Made by a program: the position numbers and the translations under genes
Notes under the pieces: generated by a model
Told to the model about the DNA's origin: nothing
What the model saw: the letters and a program-made list of their open reading frames with translations, nothing else
The model's database searches: none
From: Candidatus Poribacteria bacterium
Lineage (GTDB): Bacteria; Poribacteria; WGA-4E; WGA-3G
DNA: 32,066 bases
Assembly (NCBI GenBank): GCA_965214095.1
Contig: CBDCAZ010000001.1
Coordinates: 1-32,066, forward strand
Reading direction: 5' to 3'
Shown here: in pieces, positions 16,001 to 26,216 of the stretch
Layout: each line of letters starts with the position of its first letter
How positions within the stretch are numbered: position 1 is the first letter of the stretch

Positions 16001-19000
16001 GCCAGCGTCACCTGGGACGCGGTGGAGCATGCCACCTCCTATGACGTGTCGTGGAGCGCCGAGAGCAGCGACGCGCTGAACGCTTCCGCCGGTGACTTGC
16101 CCGGTGTGACGGGCACCACGACCACCATCGACCACGGCGCCCCGGTGCCGATGACGCTGACGGTCACGGTCACGCCGGAATATGTCGACAAGAACGGCGA
16201 CACACAGCAGCTGGCGAGCCTCGCCGGCACGGCAACGCTGGCGGTGGGGCCGGGCAGCGACGCGCTGAGCGCCAGTGCCGAGAGCACTGACAGCCAGACA
16301 CCGGCCTGCGTCTCCGACGCCCTGCTGGCCGAAGCCCAGCTGGCTGCGAGCGAGACCTGGCGGACTTCGGGCCATGTCGAGCGCTGGAGCCGGGTGCTTG
16401 CCGCCTTCGGGGAGAGCAACGCCTGGAGCAACAACCCGATGACCGTCGCGGAGGCGCAGGCGCAGGCGGATCGCGGCCTGAAGCGCTGGGCGCCGGTAGC
16501 GCCGGCGCTGGAATGCCTGGAGAAGAAGCCGGCGCAGGCGGAGGCGCAAGCAGAGGCGCAACAGGCGGTTCCCGCGATCACCGTGACCGCCGGAGCGGGG
16601 GTGACGGAAGGCACGGCGGCGGGCTTCACGCTCAAGGCCGACCCGGTGCCGGCGGAAGAGCTCGCGGTGACGGTGACGGTCGCAGAGACCGGCGCCATCG
16701 CCGACGCCTCGGCGCTGGGCGAGCGCATTGTGACGATCCCGGCCGGGAAGGCGGAGGCGGCCTTCATGGTGGCGACGCTGGCCGACGAGGCCGACGAGCC
16801 GGCAGGCGCTGTGGTGGCGACGGTGAGCGACGGCGCCGGCTACACGGTGGACGATGAGGGCAAGAGCGCAAGCGTGGCGGTGGCGGACGACGACGCCACA
16901 GGGGTGGTGCTGACAGCGCCGGCGGGCGACCTGCCCGAGGCCTCGGGTAGCAAGACGCTGACGCTGACGCTCGGGCGCGCGCTGGTCGAGGGCGAGAGCC
17001 TCGCGGTGCCGCTGGCCTTTGCCGGCACGGCGACGCTCGGGACCGACTATACGCTTGCCGCGCCGGAGACGGCGCCCGCGGGCGTGACATATGCCAACCT
17101 TGCGGGAACCGATCCCAAGAGCCCGCCGACGGTGACCTTCGCCGGCGCGGCGGGGCGCAATTCGGCGACCGTGGCGACGCTGGTGCTGGCGACGGCCCCG
17201 ACCTTCTCGGTCGGCGACGAGACCGCCAATGAGGATGTCGGGCTGATGTATTTCACGGTGAGGCTCGACCGGGCCGTGAAGCGGACGGTGAAGGTGACCC
17301 TCACGGCGCGCGAGGCGAGCCCGGTCTCGGCCCGGTATGGCGAGGACTATTACTGGTGGTGGCCGGACGGGCTCGCGCTCACCTTCCATCCGGGCCAGAC
17401 CGAGAAGAAGATGTGGGTCTATGTCTACAACGACAACCACGACGAGGACCCGGAGACCTTCGAGGTGGCGCTGTCGCGGCCGACGGGGGGTGCGGTGATC
17501 GGCGACGGTGTTGCGGTGGGCACGATCGTCAACAACGACCCGATGCCGGCGGCGTGGCTGGCGCGGTTCGGTCGCACGGCGGCGGAGCAGGCTCTGGACG
17601 GCATTGCCGGGCGCATTGCGGCCTCGCGCACTGCCGGGATGCAGGGCTCGATCGCCGGGCAGGCGCTGAACCTCGATCCCGGATCCACCGGATCGAAGTC
17701 CGGGGGTGGGTCCGATCAGTCGGGCGCCGCGTCCGGCAATGACCTGCTGGCGCAGTCCGATGTCGCGCGCGCTTTCGGCGCTTCCACCGGCCATTTCGGC
17801 ACCAGTGGAACCGGCCATGACGCCTATGGCTTCGGCTTCGGCCAGGATCGTTTCGGCAGTAACGGCGCGCAGGCATACTCCATGACGGCGCGCGAGGCGC
17901 TGCTCGGCAGCAGCTTCACGGCAACGGGTGAGAAGGACGGCACGGGCGGCAGCCTGGCCTTCTGGGGCCGGGCGGCGCAGTCGAGCTTCGACGGAAGGGA
18001 GGGCGCCTTCTCGCTCGACGGCGAGGCGACCACGGCGATGCTGGGCGCCGACTATGCGCGCGGCAACTGGCTGCTCGGCATGGCGCTGATGCAGAGCAGC
18101 GGCGAGGGCGGTTACCGGGATACGAAGCCTGAATCCCGCGCCGTGTCGCAGATCTGCGCGGATGCCGAAAACGGCACCGAAAACGGCGGTTCGCAACCGG
18201 TGACCCATCTGTGCAACGGCGCTGTGCGGGCTGGCAATGGCGAGGTCGAGGCGACGCTGACGGCGGCGGTGCCCTATGCCGCATTGCAGGCGTCCGAGCG
18301 GATGAAGCTCTGGGGCGCGCTCGGCCATGGCACCGGCGAGGTGACGCTCAGGCCGGAGACGTCGGAGACGAGCAGGCCGCTCACGGCGGACATCTCCTGG
18401 ACGATGGCGGCGATGGGCCTGCGCGGCGATGTGGTCGCGCCGCAGGGCAGCGGTCCGGCGCTGGCGGTGACCTCGGATGCGCTCTGGGCGCGGACCAGCT
18501 CGGACAAGACGCATGAGCTGGCGGCGTCCGATTCCGACGTGACGCGCTTGCGGCTCGGTCTGGAGGGAAGCTGGAAGGTAGCCCTGGAGGGTAACGGCAG
18601 TGTCACGCCCAAGCTGGAAATAGGCGCGCGCCATGACGGCGGCGATGCGGAGACCGGCTTCGGGGTGGAGCTTGGCGGCGGGCTGGCCTGGATCGACCCG
18701 ACGCTTGGCCTGTCGTTCGACCTGTCGGGCCGCACGCTGGTCGCGCATGGCTCGGACGATCTGGAGGACCGGGGCTTTGCCGCCTCGCTCGCCTTCGATC
18801 CCGACCCGGCGACGAAGCGCGGTCCGTCGCTCACCCTCGCCCAGGACTGGGGCGGACAGGCCAAAGGCGGCCTCGACGCGCTGTTCACGCCGGAGACGCT
18901 CGACCGGCGCGGCGGCAGCGGCGCGGCCACCGCCCGCTGGCGGGCCGAGGCGGCATATGGCTTCCCGGCCTTCTCGGGGCGCTTCACCGGCAGCCCGCAT

Positions 19001-19168
19001 ATGGGGCTGGGGCTCGCCACCGGCGCACGCGACTACAGCATCGGCTGGAGACTGACGCCCTCGAAGAATGCGCCTGATGTCTCTTTCGGCATCCGGGCAA
19101 CCCGCAGGGAAAGCGACGCGGCCGCACCGGAGCATACCCTCGGGCTCGAAATCAACACGCGGTGGTGA
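13077..19168 (+). CDS. Large secreted/outer-membrane adhesin-like protein (Calx-beta/Ig-like repeats, FN3-like domain, C-terminal autotransporter-like beta-barrel); frameshifted at the (AGCCG)7 tract
   Basis: ORF 13376..19168 has VTEG...TVTVLDDD Calx-beta-type repeats, an FN3-like NLQVTAV..SVTWDAVEHATSYDVSW segment, and an amphipathic beta C-terminus ending in Trp. The frame stays open back to 13091 and encodes a signal peptide (RRPRRGLLPALFVLPLLLGLATEAAA/QS), but the ATGs with an RBS (13077, 12984) are in another frame. Confidence 0.85.
13090..13124 (+). repeat. Pentanucleotide microsatellite (AGCCG)7, putative phase-variation tract
   Basis: Seven perfect AGCCG units starting 13 nt after the first base of ATG 13077. 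Confidence 0.97.
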
Positions 19169-19311
19169 GGCACGGTGGTTGCCGATCGCGCGGCGGGGCA
19201 GCGATATCTGCCACTGCCGGGGCTGCCCGAACAGGCGCCTCCGGCCCGGTCGTTCCAGGACGCACTCGTTCGTTCGTCATGGCCTCTGGCTCCGATGCCC
19301 GTCAGGGGCGA

Positions 19312-20055
19312 TCATGAGCCGGCAACCGTCCTCCCCCGGAGGGCCTTGAGATGCTCGCATGCCGGACAGGCCTTCTCCACCGCTCGTCGGACTTCCCCGA
19401 CGCCGCACGCAACCGCGATCCTCTGCAGGCTCCTCAAGCCGATGCTCTTCTTCCCGGCGGGAAGGAACCTCTCCGCGACAACAAAGAACCGCCATTGGGC
19501 AGCGTCTCGATGGTCGGCATGTTCGTCGCCTTTCCCGTGCCAGCCGAATACATAAACATCCGCCGGGCGGCCCGGATCAGCAACCCAGGGGCCTCCATCC
19601 TCAGGCCAGTATCCCTTCCGCGGCCTGATGTCGAAGCTTGGATTGCGGCGCGGCACATTCGACTCGTGGTCCCAGCTTTGCCGTGCTGCCGACTGCTTGA
19701 TCTCCAGCCTCGCCTTCGATGCAGTATGCTCGCAGTCCCAGGCCGCCCAGTCCCAGCCTTTTTCCGATGTGAGCCGCCAGCCTGCACCCAGTGCGGTCGC
19801 AATCATGCATTCCAAGTATTCGCCGCGCTGCACGTTGTTCATGATGCGCCGGTCGTACCGAGCAACGAGCATCTTGAGAATGCGCCTGTGCACCATGTCT
19901 TCCCCGGATGCGATCGCTGGTCCTGAACTGTCAGCCTGCGGCGAAACGCACCCCGCACACGATCCCGGAGTCGATTTTCTCGTTCCGCTTCGCCCGACCG
20001 GCTGAAGGCGATTTCCGCCCCCATGGCAATTGCTGCCGTCGAGATCGGCCATCAT
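19312..20055 (-). CDS. Putative PD-(D/E)XK nuclease
   Basis: RGEYLECMIATAL...WD...RLEIKQSAARQSW...ADVYVF fits a restriction-endonuclease fold. Start is either the ATG at 20055 (ATGA overlap with the upstream stop) or the ATG at 19896. Confidence 0.65.
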   Translation of the reverse strand: MMADLDGSNCHGGGNRLQPVGRSGTRKSTPGSCAGCVSPQADSSGPAIASGEDMVHRRILKMLVARYDRRIMNNVQRGEYLECMIATALGAGWRLTSEKGWDWAAWDCEHTASKARLEIKQSAARQSWDHESNVPRRNPSFDIRPRKGYWPEDGGPWVADPGRPADVYVFGWHGKGDEHADHRDAAQWRFFVVAERFLPAGKKSIGLRSLQRIAVACGVGEVRRAVEKACPACEHLKALRGRTVAGS

Positions 20056-20804
20056 TCGCTCGAAACGGCGCGCATCAGCTCTCCGGTACCTCTCCAGCGT
20101 TCCACGAACCGCTCGATCCTGCATTCCATTTCAGGGTCCGGATTGATGACAAGGAACGTCCGATTGCTCCACCGCCGCCAGTACCAGGCAAGGGCGTAGC
20201 CCTGAATATGTGACATCCACTCGTTGATCTCCGCGATATGGCCCCCCTTCCGCCTTCCATTGTGGTGATAGACGATGGCGCATCGGCCTGCCGCGAGCTG
20301 CATCACCTCGGAGACCGGGATCCGTTTCGCACTCTCCTTTCTTCGGGGGTTGAGCCGTTCGTCCGTGCAGAGACCGTTGTCCGGGTCGACGAAAACGAGG
20401 TCGCAGGCGTAGAGCCGATCCAGCACACCGTCGAACCACTGTCGCCGCCAATTCTCGCGCTCGCGAACCGGCACCCGGGCATCGATCGGTTCCCTGGCAA
20501 ACGCGGCATCGACCGGTTTCTCGGCAAACGCGGCATCGCCCAAAATGCCGGACTTCCGTATTGCCGAGACCGATCGCCGGTTTTCGTCAACCAGACCCTT
20601 CAGCGTATCGAACAAATCGCAATCGAGACGCCTCCACTGCCCGGGGTCCCGGAGGTAGCCGGTATGGCGCCCATCGCCCGTGCCGGGCTTCTCGGGGTTG
20701 GCGCAGAGATACCACGCGACTCCCAAACGCCGTCCTTCGCCAACCGCCCGAAGCAGCCCGTATTTGGCGAAGTCCCCAATGTCTCCAACATACTTGTCGC
20801 GCAT
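20052..20804 (-). CDS. Conserved hypothetical protein, possible SAM-dependent methyltransferase-like fold
   Basis: MRDKYVGDIGDFAKYGLLR N-terminus and DLVFVDPDNG motif, reminiscent of RlmJ-like GxxxDxxK and hhhDPP patterns. Function is inference. Confidence 0.6.
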   Translation of the reverse strand: MRDKYVGDIGDFAKYGLLRAVGEGRRLGVAWYLCANPEKPGTGDGRHTGYLRDPGQWRRLDCDLFDTLKGLVDENRRSVSAIRKSGILGDAAFAEKPVDAAFAREPIDARVPVRERENWRRQWFDGVLDRLYACDLVFVDPDNGLCTDERLNPRRKESAKRIPVSEVMQLAAGRCAIVYHHNGRRKGGHIAEINEWMSHIQGYALAWYWRRWSNRTFLVINPDPEMECRIERFVERWRGTGELMRAVSSE

Positions 20805-20927
20805 TGTGGCCCTACCCGACTGCGGATTACCAAGGACGGTGACTGAACCTTACTCGCACTGGCCAGAGCCTGACGACTGCTTGGGCAACCGGAGCGGCCC
20901 ATTGGGCTCCCCCGCATTGTTGAAGCT

Positions 20928-21923
20928 CTATTCCCGGCCAGCCTCCGGGAGTCGAACCTTCTCGACCAGGAAGCGTTTGATCCGGTCGAGTACGGCATCA
21001 AGCTTATCGCCACCTGCATTAACCTTGTGCAAATCGCTCAGAGCGTCGACCGCTTCCCGTTCGTTGAGGCTCGGGAAATGCTCCGCGAAGGTTGCTGGGC
21101 TGACTTCAAAATACAACTGGCCGCCGTTGTCGCCGGCCGAGGGGTACGCGTAGATCAGCATCTTCGTGCCTTTGTCCGGCGGCGCGATCGTTACCGATAA
21201 CTTGTTAGGCTTTACCCGGAGACCAGCCGCTTCCGCGATGCTCACAAAGCGGTCGAACTGCTCGCCCACATCCGCGTCTACGGCCCGGCGACGGACCGCT
21301 TCGACTGAGAATTGGCGAGGGGGAGATGATGGCCTGGTCGGTTCGTCGACCACCTCACGGATCAACAGCTGCGGGCCGCCATCCAACTCGAACACCTCGA
21401 AGCTGACGACACCGATCGGGACAGCGAAGCGGCCGAGAAACTCGTTCATTCGCTCCAGGCCGGGGTGGATCCCGGCACCGACAAGCAGCACCGCAATCTC
21501 GCGCCCCTCCTCTTCAGTCCGCAACTGCCGGTTCAGTCTTTCCGACAGTTGTACAGCGTCGCCGAATTTACAGAGGCCGGGTTCCAGCTTCTTCTTGAGT
21601 TCTTCGCCGTCGAGACGCGCAATCGAAGAGGCATAGTAGAGCCCCTGTGTCAGCGCGCCGGAGTCGAGTGTCCCGGATTTGATCTCGATCACCACCCAGC
21701 GATCCTGAGTGTCGATGGCCAGCAAATCGAGGATCCCGTCGTCGATCCTTACCTGCCGGCCGACCAGTGTCAGTCCTTCTCCGATCAGCGTCACATCGTT
21801 CACAATCCAGTCTTCGAGGTGCTTCTCCAGTCCGACGTGGGAGCGCTCGACCTTCCTCGGTGCCGACTGCCGCGCGGCATGCTCGTCGCGCTGTCGGTCT
21901 ATGGTCCACGCCGCCAATTTCAC
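20928..21923 (-). CDS. NucS/EndoMS-like (DUF91) PD-(D/E)XK endonuclease-domain protein
   Basis: LEKHLEDWI...LVGRQV...ILDLLAID...VVIEIKSG...ALTQGLYYA (E-x-K plus QxxxY). GTG start with GAGGGGAGG RBS. Confidence 0.82.
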   Translation of the reverse strand: MKLAAWTIDRQRDEHAARQSAPRKVERSHVGLEKHLEDWIVNDVTLIGEGLTLVGRQVRIDDGILDLLAIDTQDRWVVIEIKSGTLDSGALTQGLYYASSIARLDGEELKKKLEPGLCKFGDAVQLSERLNRQLRTEEEGREIAVLLVGAGIHPGLERMNEFLGRFAVPIGVVSFEVFELDGGPQLLIREVVDEPTRPSSPPRQFSVEAVRRRAVDADVGEQFDRFVSIAEAAGLRVKPNKLSVTIAPPDKGTKMLIYAYPSAGDNGGQLYFEVSPATFAEHFPSLNEREAVDALSDLHKVNAGGDKLDAVLDRIKRFLVEKVRLPEAGRE

Positions 21924-22421
21924 AACCGCAGCCTCCCCTCAACGCTCTTCCGTCGAATACAAACGTTGCAGTACGACTACAACATCCGCTCCACCCTGGT
22001 CGATGCGCAGGCTGTCGCAAGGCAGCATGCGAAGCGTCGGTAGCCCGGGAAGTCCTGCGCAGCGTAGTCCGGCTTCTGTGCTTCCCCGATTTCCTGCTGT
22101 GCCGGGAGGCGAAGGCCAGCCCTGCTTGCTGGCGGGCCGGAACCCGCATTCAATCTCGGCGATACTCCGAGCGGCTCTTCGGGAAGTTGCCATGCCTCCC
22201 CCTTATCGCACCCATGCAGGACCGGTATGCTGCGCTTGAGGGACCAGTCTGGACTGCCGGGGGCGGGATCTTGCAAGGGGCGTGGCATGAAAAGCGTCGG
22301 GGAACCATGAGCAAGGCCTTTTTCGACGGGCCTGTCGAAAATTCTTCGAAACCCTGCCTCTCGCGCATATCCCTCGTCTGGATGATCGCGCCGTCATGGC
22401 CGGCGACAGAATGGAGCGGGC

Positions 22422-22665
22422 ATGCCGGGTGAGTTCAGGTTCCTCGCGGAGCACCTGCCCCGACCCTGGGAGGCTAGGCGCGGCTTCTATGCAGCGGGAT
22501 TGTTTCTCGGGCATGGCCAGAAGGCCCGGGTCGCGCTCGGAAAGAGCGGCTGGAACCTGATTGCGACGCTCGGGTTCGAGATCGAGCGTCTCGATAACCT
22601 GACGGCCCTGCTACGGAGCTGGCATGGTCGGGGGACCCTGGCCGTGATACTGCACGAGACGGAGG
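22422..22665 (+). pseudogene. Probable gene fragment, possibly from the N-terminal region of a large Type IIG (Eco57I-like) R-M protein
   Basis: LIATLGFEIERLDNLTALLRS...LAVILHETE looks protein-like and recalls that region from memory only; no catalytic motifs present. Confidence 0.3.
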
Positions 22666-22738
22666 TACTAGGCCGGCGAAGCCCGTGTCGAGGATATCCC
22701 TCATCTCGATTGCGACGCTTGATGACGAACCGTGGCGA

Positions 22739-25708
22739 ATGACTGAATCACGTTTGCTGCAGGATACCATATTGCGTGTGCTGGACAGCGCGCCGCGCGG
22801 CCTGACGGTGGAGCGTATCCGCTCCCGGCTTACGACGGCGGGGACCGGCGTTCTCAAACACGAAGTAGTCCGGGCTCTGGCGGATATGAATGCGCGCCAG
22901 TTGGTGCAGCTGTCCGCCGGCCGGCGCTGGCAGGCCCGCGCGCGTCCCGGAAGAGCGGGGGGCGGGCCTTCGCGCACCGCTTCCGTGGACGATTATATCG
23001 TCGCCGTCCATTGTCGGGCGTTTTCCGGCGAGGCATCCGTTCCCGACCCGGAAATGCAAGAAGGCAGAATAGAGCCGAACGCCGGGCTGTTGGCGCGGCT
23101 GCTCCCGTACTACCAGGAAGCCCTGAAGGCCAATGACGGCGGGACACCCAGGGCTTTCACCGGTCAACATGGAGATTCCTTCATGTTGATCGAGCCCGAC
23201 AAACAGTGGTGGCCCACAGCCGAATGCGGGCGCACATTGACGGTCCCGCTTTCCGGAATTTCACCGGGTTTCCTGTCCCTAGTGGCGAAGCGCGACGGCG
23301 AACACCTGCTTCTCGGTTACCCGCTCCACATGATAGCGTCCCGAGACGGTGAAAACAGTGCTTTCGTCCGTCCGGTTTCTGTATTCCGCTGCCGGTACGA
23401 GCATACCGACAGTCACCTCCGCATACATGTTCCGGCTGTGGGTCCGGCCATTGTCCGGGAATGGCTGAACGATCAGGTCAAATTCAAGGGCTGGGAAACG
23501 GCCCGTCTCCTGAACTGGTTGCGCATAGAGGAAGACGACAGGGGAGCCATGCAGGACGACCTGGGCGAGGGTCCTGACTTTCTGGAAATGCCGTCCTTCA
23601 TTCGGCGGTTGGAGGCCGTCGCTGGCAAATTGCTTCAGCAAGAACTTCTTCCTGGCGCGGTTGCCTCTCGTGTCCCGCACAAGGGCGAAACCGGCTACTA
23701 CAACGGTCTAGCCCTGTTCGTGGAAGCCTCGGGAATGTACACACGTTCGGCGATCCGGGACTATGACGAACTCTGCCGACTGAGACCGGAGACGCTTGCG
23801 TCCACGGCACTTGGCCCCCTGTTCGGCTCGCCCGTGTCTCATCTCTCGACCCCGCCGCTCATGCACCCCTTCCCGTTGGGCGAAGCGCAATTGCTGGCAG
23901 CGCGAACTGCCCTGACGGGTCCCCTCAGCGTTGTCACCGGCCCGCCGGGAACGGGCAAATCGCAGGTCATAGCCGCCATCATGCTCAGCGCGGCGGCAAG
24001 TGGCCGATCGGTGCTGCTGGCGGCCCGCCTGCACCGCGCCATTGACGCCGTTCAGGAGCGCCTGGAAGCCTTGGCCGGAGACCGCGCGGTGCTCGTGCGC
24101 GCGAATGAACAGGACGGGTTTGCGAGGTTCACATTCGCCGACGCACTTCAGGCCCTGCTTGTTCGGGCTGGCGACGCCGATGCCGCGGCACATTTTGACC
24201 GGATGATGCCGATACTTTCGGAAGCGGACTCGCATCGTTGGGCGCTTCTGGAGAAATGGCGGAGCCTGAAGGCGCTGGGGGAAGAGCATGGCGCCCTGCT
24301 TGCCGAGGTCGAGAAGGTCGTGGTTGAGCGGAGGAAGTTCGCGAGTGCTGACCGGCCTCCCGGCACCACGGTCCGCGAGCCTGGCACCATCAAACGCTGG
24401 CTGTTGAAGCTGGCGCGCCTTCTTGGTCTGCTTGACCGTCCCCTCCGAACATCCTTGGGCTCGGAGTTTCGTCATGCGCATTTCGATCGGGAAGAGACGC
24501 GGCTGAAGGCGCGCCTGCGCGACAATGAGAACGCCATCCGCTCGCTGCAGGCCGAGCTGGACGACCAGACGGATACGCCCGTCGGTCTGGGGGAGAAGAT
24601 AGAGAAACTGAGTGCGGATCTGCTGCCGCGCCTACTCTCCCGGCTCGACGGCGTCGAGCAGAGCGACCGGCAGGCGTTGAGCGCCATTGCCGGCGACGCA
24701 GCCGTTCTGGTCCGTCACGGCGGTGAGGCGGAATCCCATGCCCTTGTTCTGAAACACATGCCCCTGTGGGCCGTGACCACGCTGGCTGCCGGTAGCAGGA
24801 TTCCTCTTGAGCCAAGGTTGTTCGACTATGTTGTGTTCGACGAGGCGGCCGCGACGGATATCGCTTCAGCGATCCCGCTTCTGTTCAGGGCCAAGGCGGC
24901 GGTTGTTGTCGGCGACCCGATGCAGCTCGGATTGATCTCCAGAATGGATCCCCGCGAGGAGGGGCGGATCTTGAGCCTGTTCAACTTGAAAAGGCCTGGT
25001 ATCGGCGGCTTTCTGCAAAGCCGGACCAGCCTCTTCCAATTGGCGGCATCGGCTGTCGACGAGCCCCCGATGCTGTTGAACGAACATTATCGATGCCATC
25101 CCGACATAGCCGCGTATTTCAACGAAGCCTTTTACGGCAACCGGCTGGCCGCCCTGACCGACACAAGCCGGTTGCGTGTCCCGCAAGGCTTCAGGCCGGG
25201 GCTCCACTGGACCGATGTCGAGGGACCCGTATCTTCGGGGCGTGCTCTCGGAATGGCCGGGTCCGCCTATTCCGACCCAGAGGCCGAAGCTGTCGTTCGA
25301 CAGCTCGGAGAGCTTCGCGAGCGCGAATTCGAAGGGTCGGTCGGCGTCGTGACCTTCTTCGCGCCTCAAGCCAAGCGCATCAACGAACTCGCGGCCCGGG
25401 AACTGGGCTCCGCCGCGTTGGACAAGCTGCAGGTCAAGGTGTTTACCGCCAACAGGTTCCAGGGAGACGAACGGGACGTGATGCTCCTGTCGTTGTGCTT
25501 GGCTGCCGACATGCCGCCCGGGGCGCGGAACTTCCTGAAGAAGGAAAAGCGCCTGCTGAATGTCGCTGTCAGCCGGGCACGGGCGGTCTGCCACATCTTC
25601 GGCAACAGGACCCATGCGGCGCAGTGCGGCATTGGGGACAACGGGCCGCAAGATCCGGCAAGCTCAAGAGGCGTATCGAAAGAACGCGGCACTGGTTACC
25701 GCACTTGA
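22739..25708 (+). CDS. SF1 helicase, UPF1/DNA2-like (AAA_11/AAA_12), with N-terminal wHTH; C-terminus possibly truncated
   Basis: TGPPGTGKSQ, FDEAA, VGDPMQL, EHYRCHPDI, FQGDERD, LNVAVSRAR; coiled-coil insert between motifs I and II. ATG 22739 preferred over GTG 22685. Confidence 0.92.
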   Translation: MTESRLLQDTILRVLDSAPRGLTVERIRSRLTTAGTGVLKHEVVRALADMNARQLVQLSAGRRWQARARPGRAGGGPSRTASVDDYIVAVHCRAFSGEASVPDPEMQEGRIEPNAGLLARLLPYYQEALKANDGGTPRAFTGQHGDSFMLIEPDKQWWPTAECGRTLTVPLSGISPGFLSLVAKRDGEHLLLGYPLHMIASRDGENSAFVRPVSVFRCRYEHTDSHLRIHVPAVGPAIVREWLNDQVKFKGWETARLLNWLRIEEDDRGAMQDDLGEGPDFLEMPSFIRRLEAVAGKLLQQELLPGAVASRVPHKGETGYYNGLALFVEASGMYTRSAIRDYDELCRLRPETLASTALGPLFGSPVSHLSTPPLMHPFPLGEAQLLAARTALTGPLSVVTGPPGTGKSQVIAAIMLSAAASGRSVLLAARLHRAIDAVQERLEALAGDRAVLVRANEQDGFARFTFADALQALLVRAGDADAAAHFDRMMPILSEADSHRWALLEKWRSLKALGEEHGALLAEVEKVVVERRKFASADRPPGTTVREPGTIKRWLLKLARLLGLLDRPLRTSLGSEFRHAHFDREETRLKARLRDNENAIRSLQAELDDQTDTPVGLGEKIEKLSADLLPRLLSRLDGVEQSDRQALSAIAGDAAVLVRHGGEAESHALVLKHMPLWAVTTLAAGSRIPLEPRLFDYVVFDEAAATDIASAIPLLFRAKAAVVVGDPMQLGLISRMDPREEGRILSLFNLKRPGIGGFLQSRTSLFQLAASAVDEPPMLLNEHYRCHPDIAAYFNEAFYGNRLAALTDTSRLRVPQGFRPGLHWTDVEGPVSSGRALGMAGSAYSDPEAEAVVRQLGELREREFEGSVGVVTFFAPQAKRINELAARELGSAALDKLQVKVFTANRFQGDERDVMLLSLCLAADMPPGARNFLKKEKRLLNVAVSRARAVCHIFGNRTHAAQCGIGDNGPQDPASSRGVSKERGTGYRT

Positions 25709-26216
25709 GGGAACGGTATCGGGGCTTACGGCCGAGGAGGCCGAGCTCAGGGCCCGTATTCCTTCCTTGGAGGCGCGGCGGGACTCTGCTGCGAACCACC
25801 TCGTCGATCTCGAGAAACGTCTGATGTCGGTTCGCCGGCAAGCCACCGAAGCGGAACAAGAACTTGCGGCAGCGCATAAGGCTATTCAGGAAGCAGAGTT
25901 GCAAAAGAGCGCCGAGATCAACGCCATGGAGAACGCGGTCAAGGAACTCAGAGTTGCTGAGTCAGCTCTGATGAAGCGCATTTCGGTTCTGGAAGCGAAG
26001 CGCGACACGATCGCCAGCAGCGTAAGCGACCTTGATGAGCGCCGGACGGAACGGAACCGTCTGGCGGCGGAAGCTGCGTCGTTGAAGGATGCAGTGGCGG
26101 CGCTCCGCTCTGCGAAAGCACAACTGCGTTCAGGGGATACGACGCCGGCGTTGCCATCGCCTGCGAAAGTCGCACCGAGACTTCCTCATCCGGATGCAGA
26201 AGGGGTTCCGCAATGA
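25560..26216 (+). CDS. Coiled-coil protein (CnuA-like), probably missing its N-terminus
   Basis: Continuous heptad-rich helix from ~25640; stop overlaps the next ATG (ATGA); 5' part overlaps the helicase and has no convincing start. Confidence 0.65.
   Translation: MSLSAGHGRSATSSATGPMRRSAALGTTGRKIRQAQEAYRKNAALVTALEGTVSGLTAEEAELRARIPSLEARRDSAANHLVDLEKRLMSVRRQATEAEQELAAAHKAIQEAELQKSAEINAMENAVKELRVAESALMKRISVLEAKRDTIASSVSDLDERRTERNRLAAEAASLKDAVAALRSAKAQLRSGDTTPALPSPAKVAPRLPHPDAEGVPQ

Noticed and set aside
15269-19135. 1288-aa minus-strand ORF (also 14080..15054)
   Set aside because: Antisense shadows of the adhesin gene with Arg/His- or Ser/Val-biased composition.
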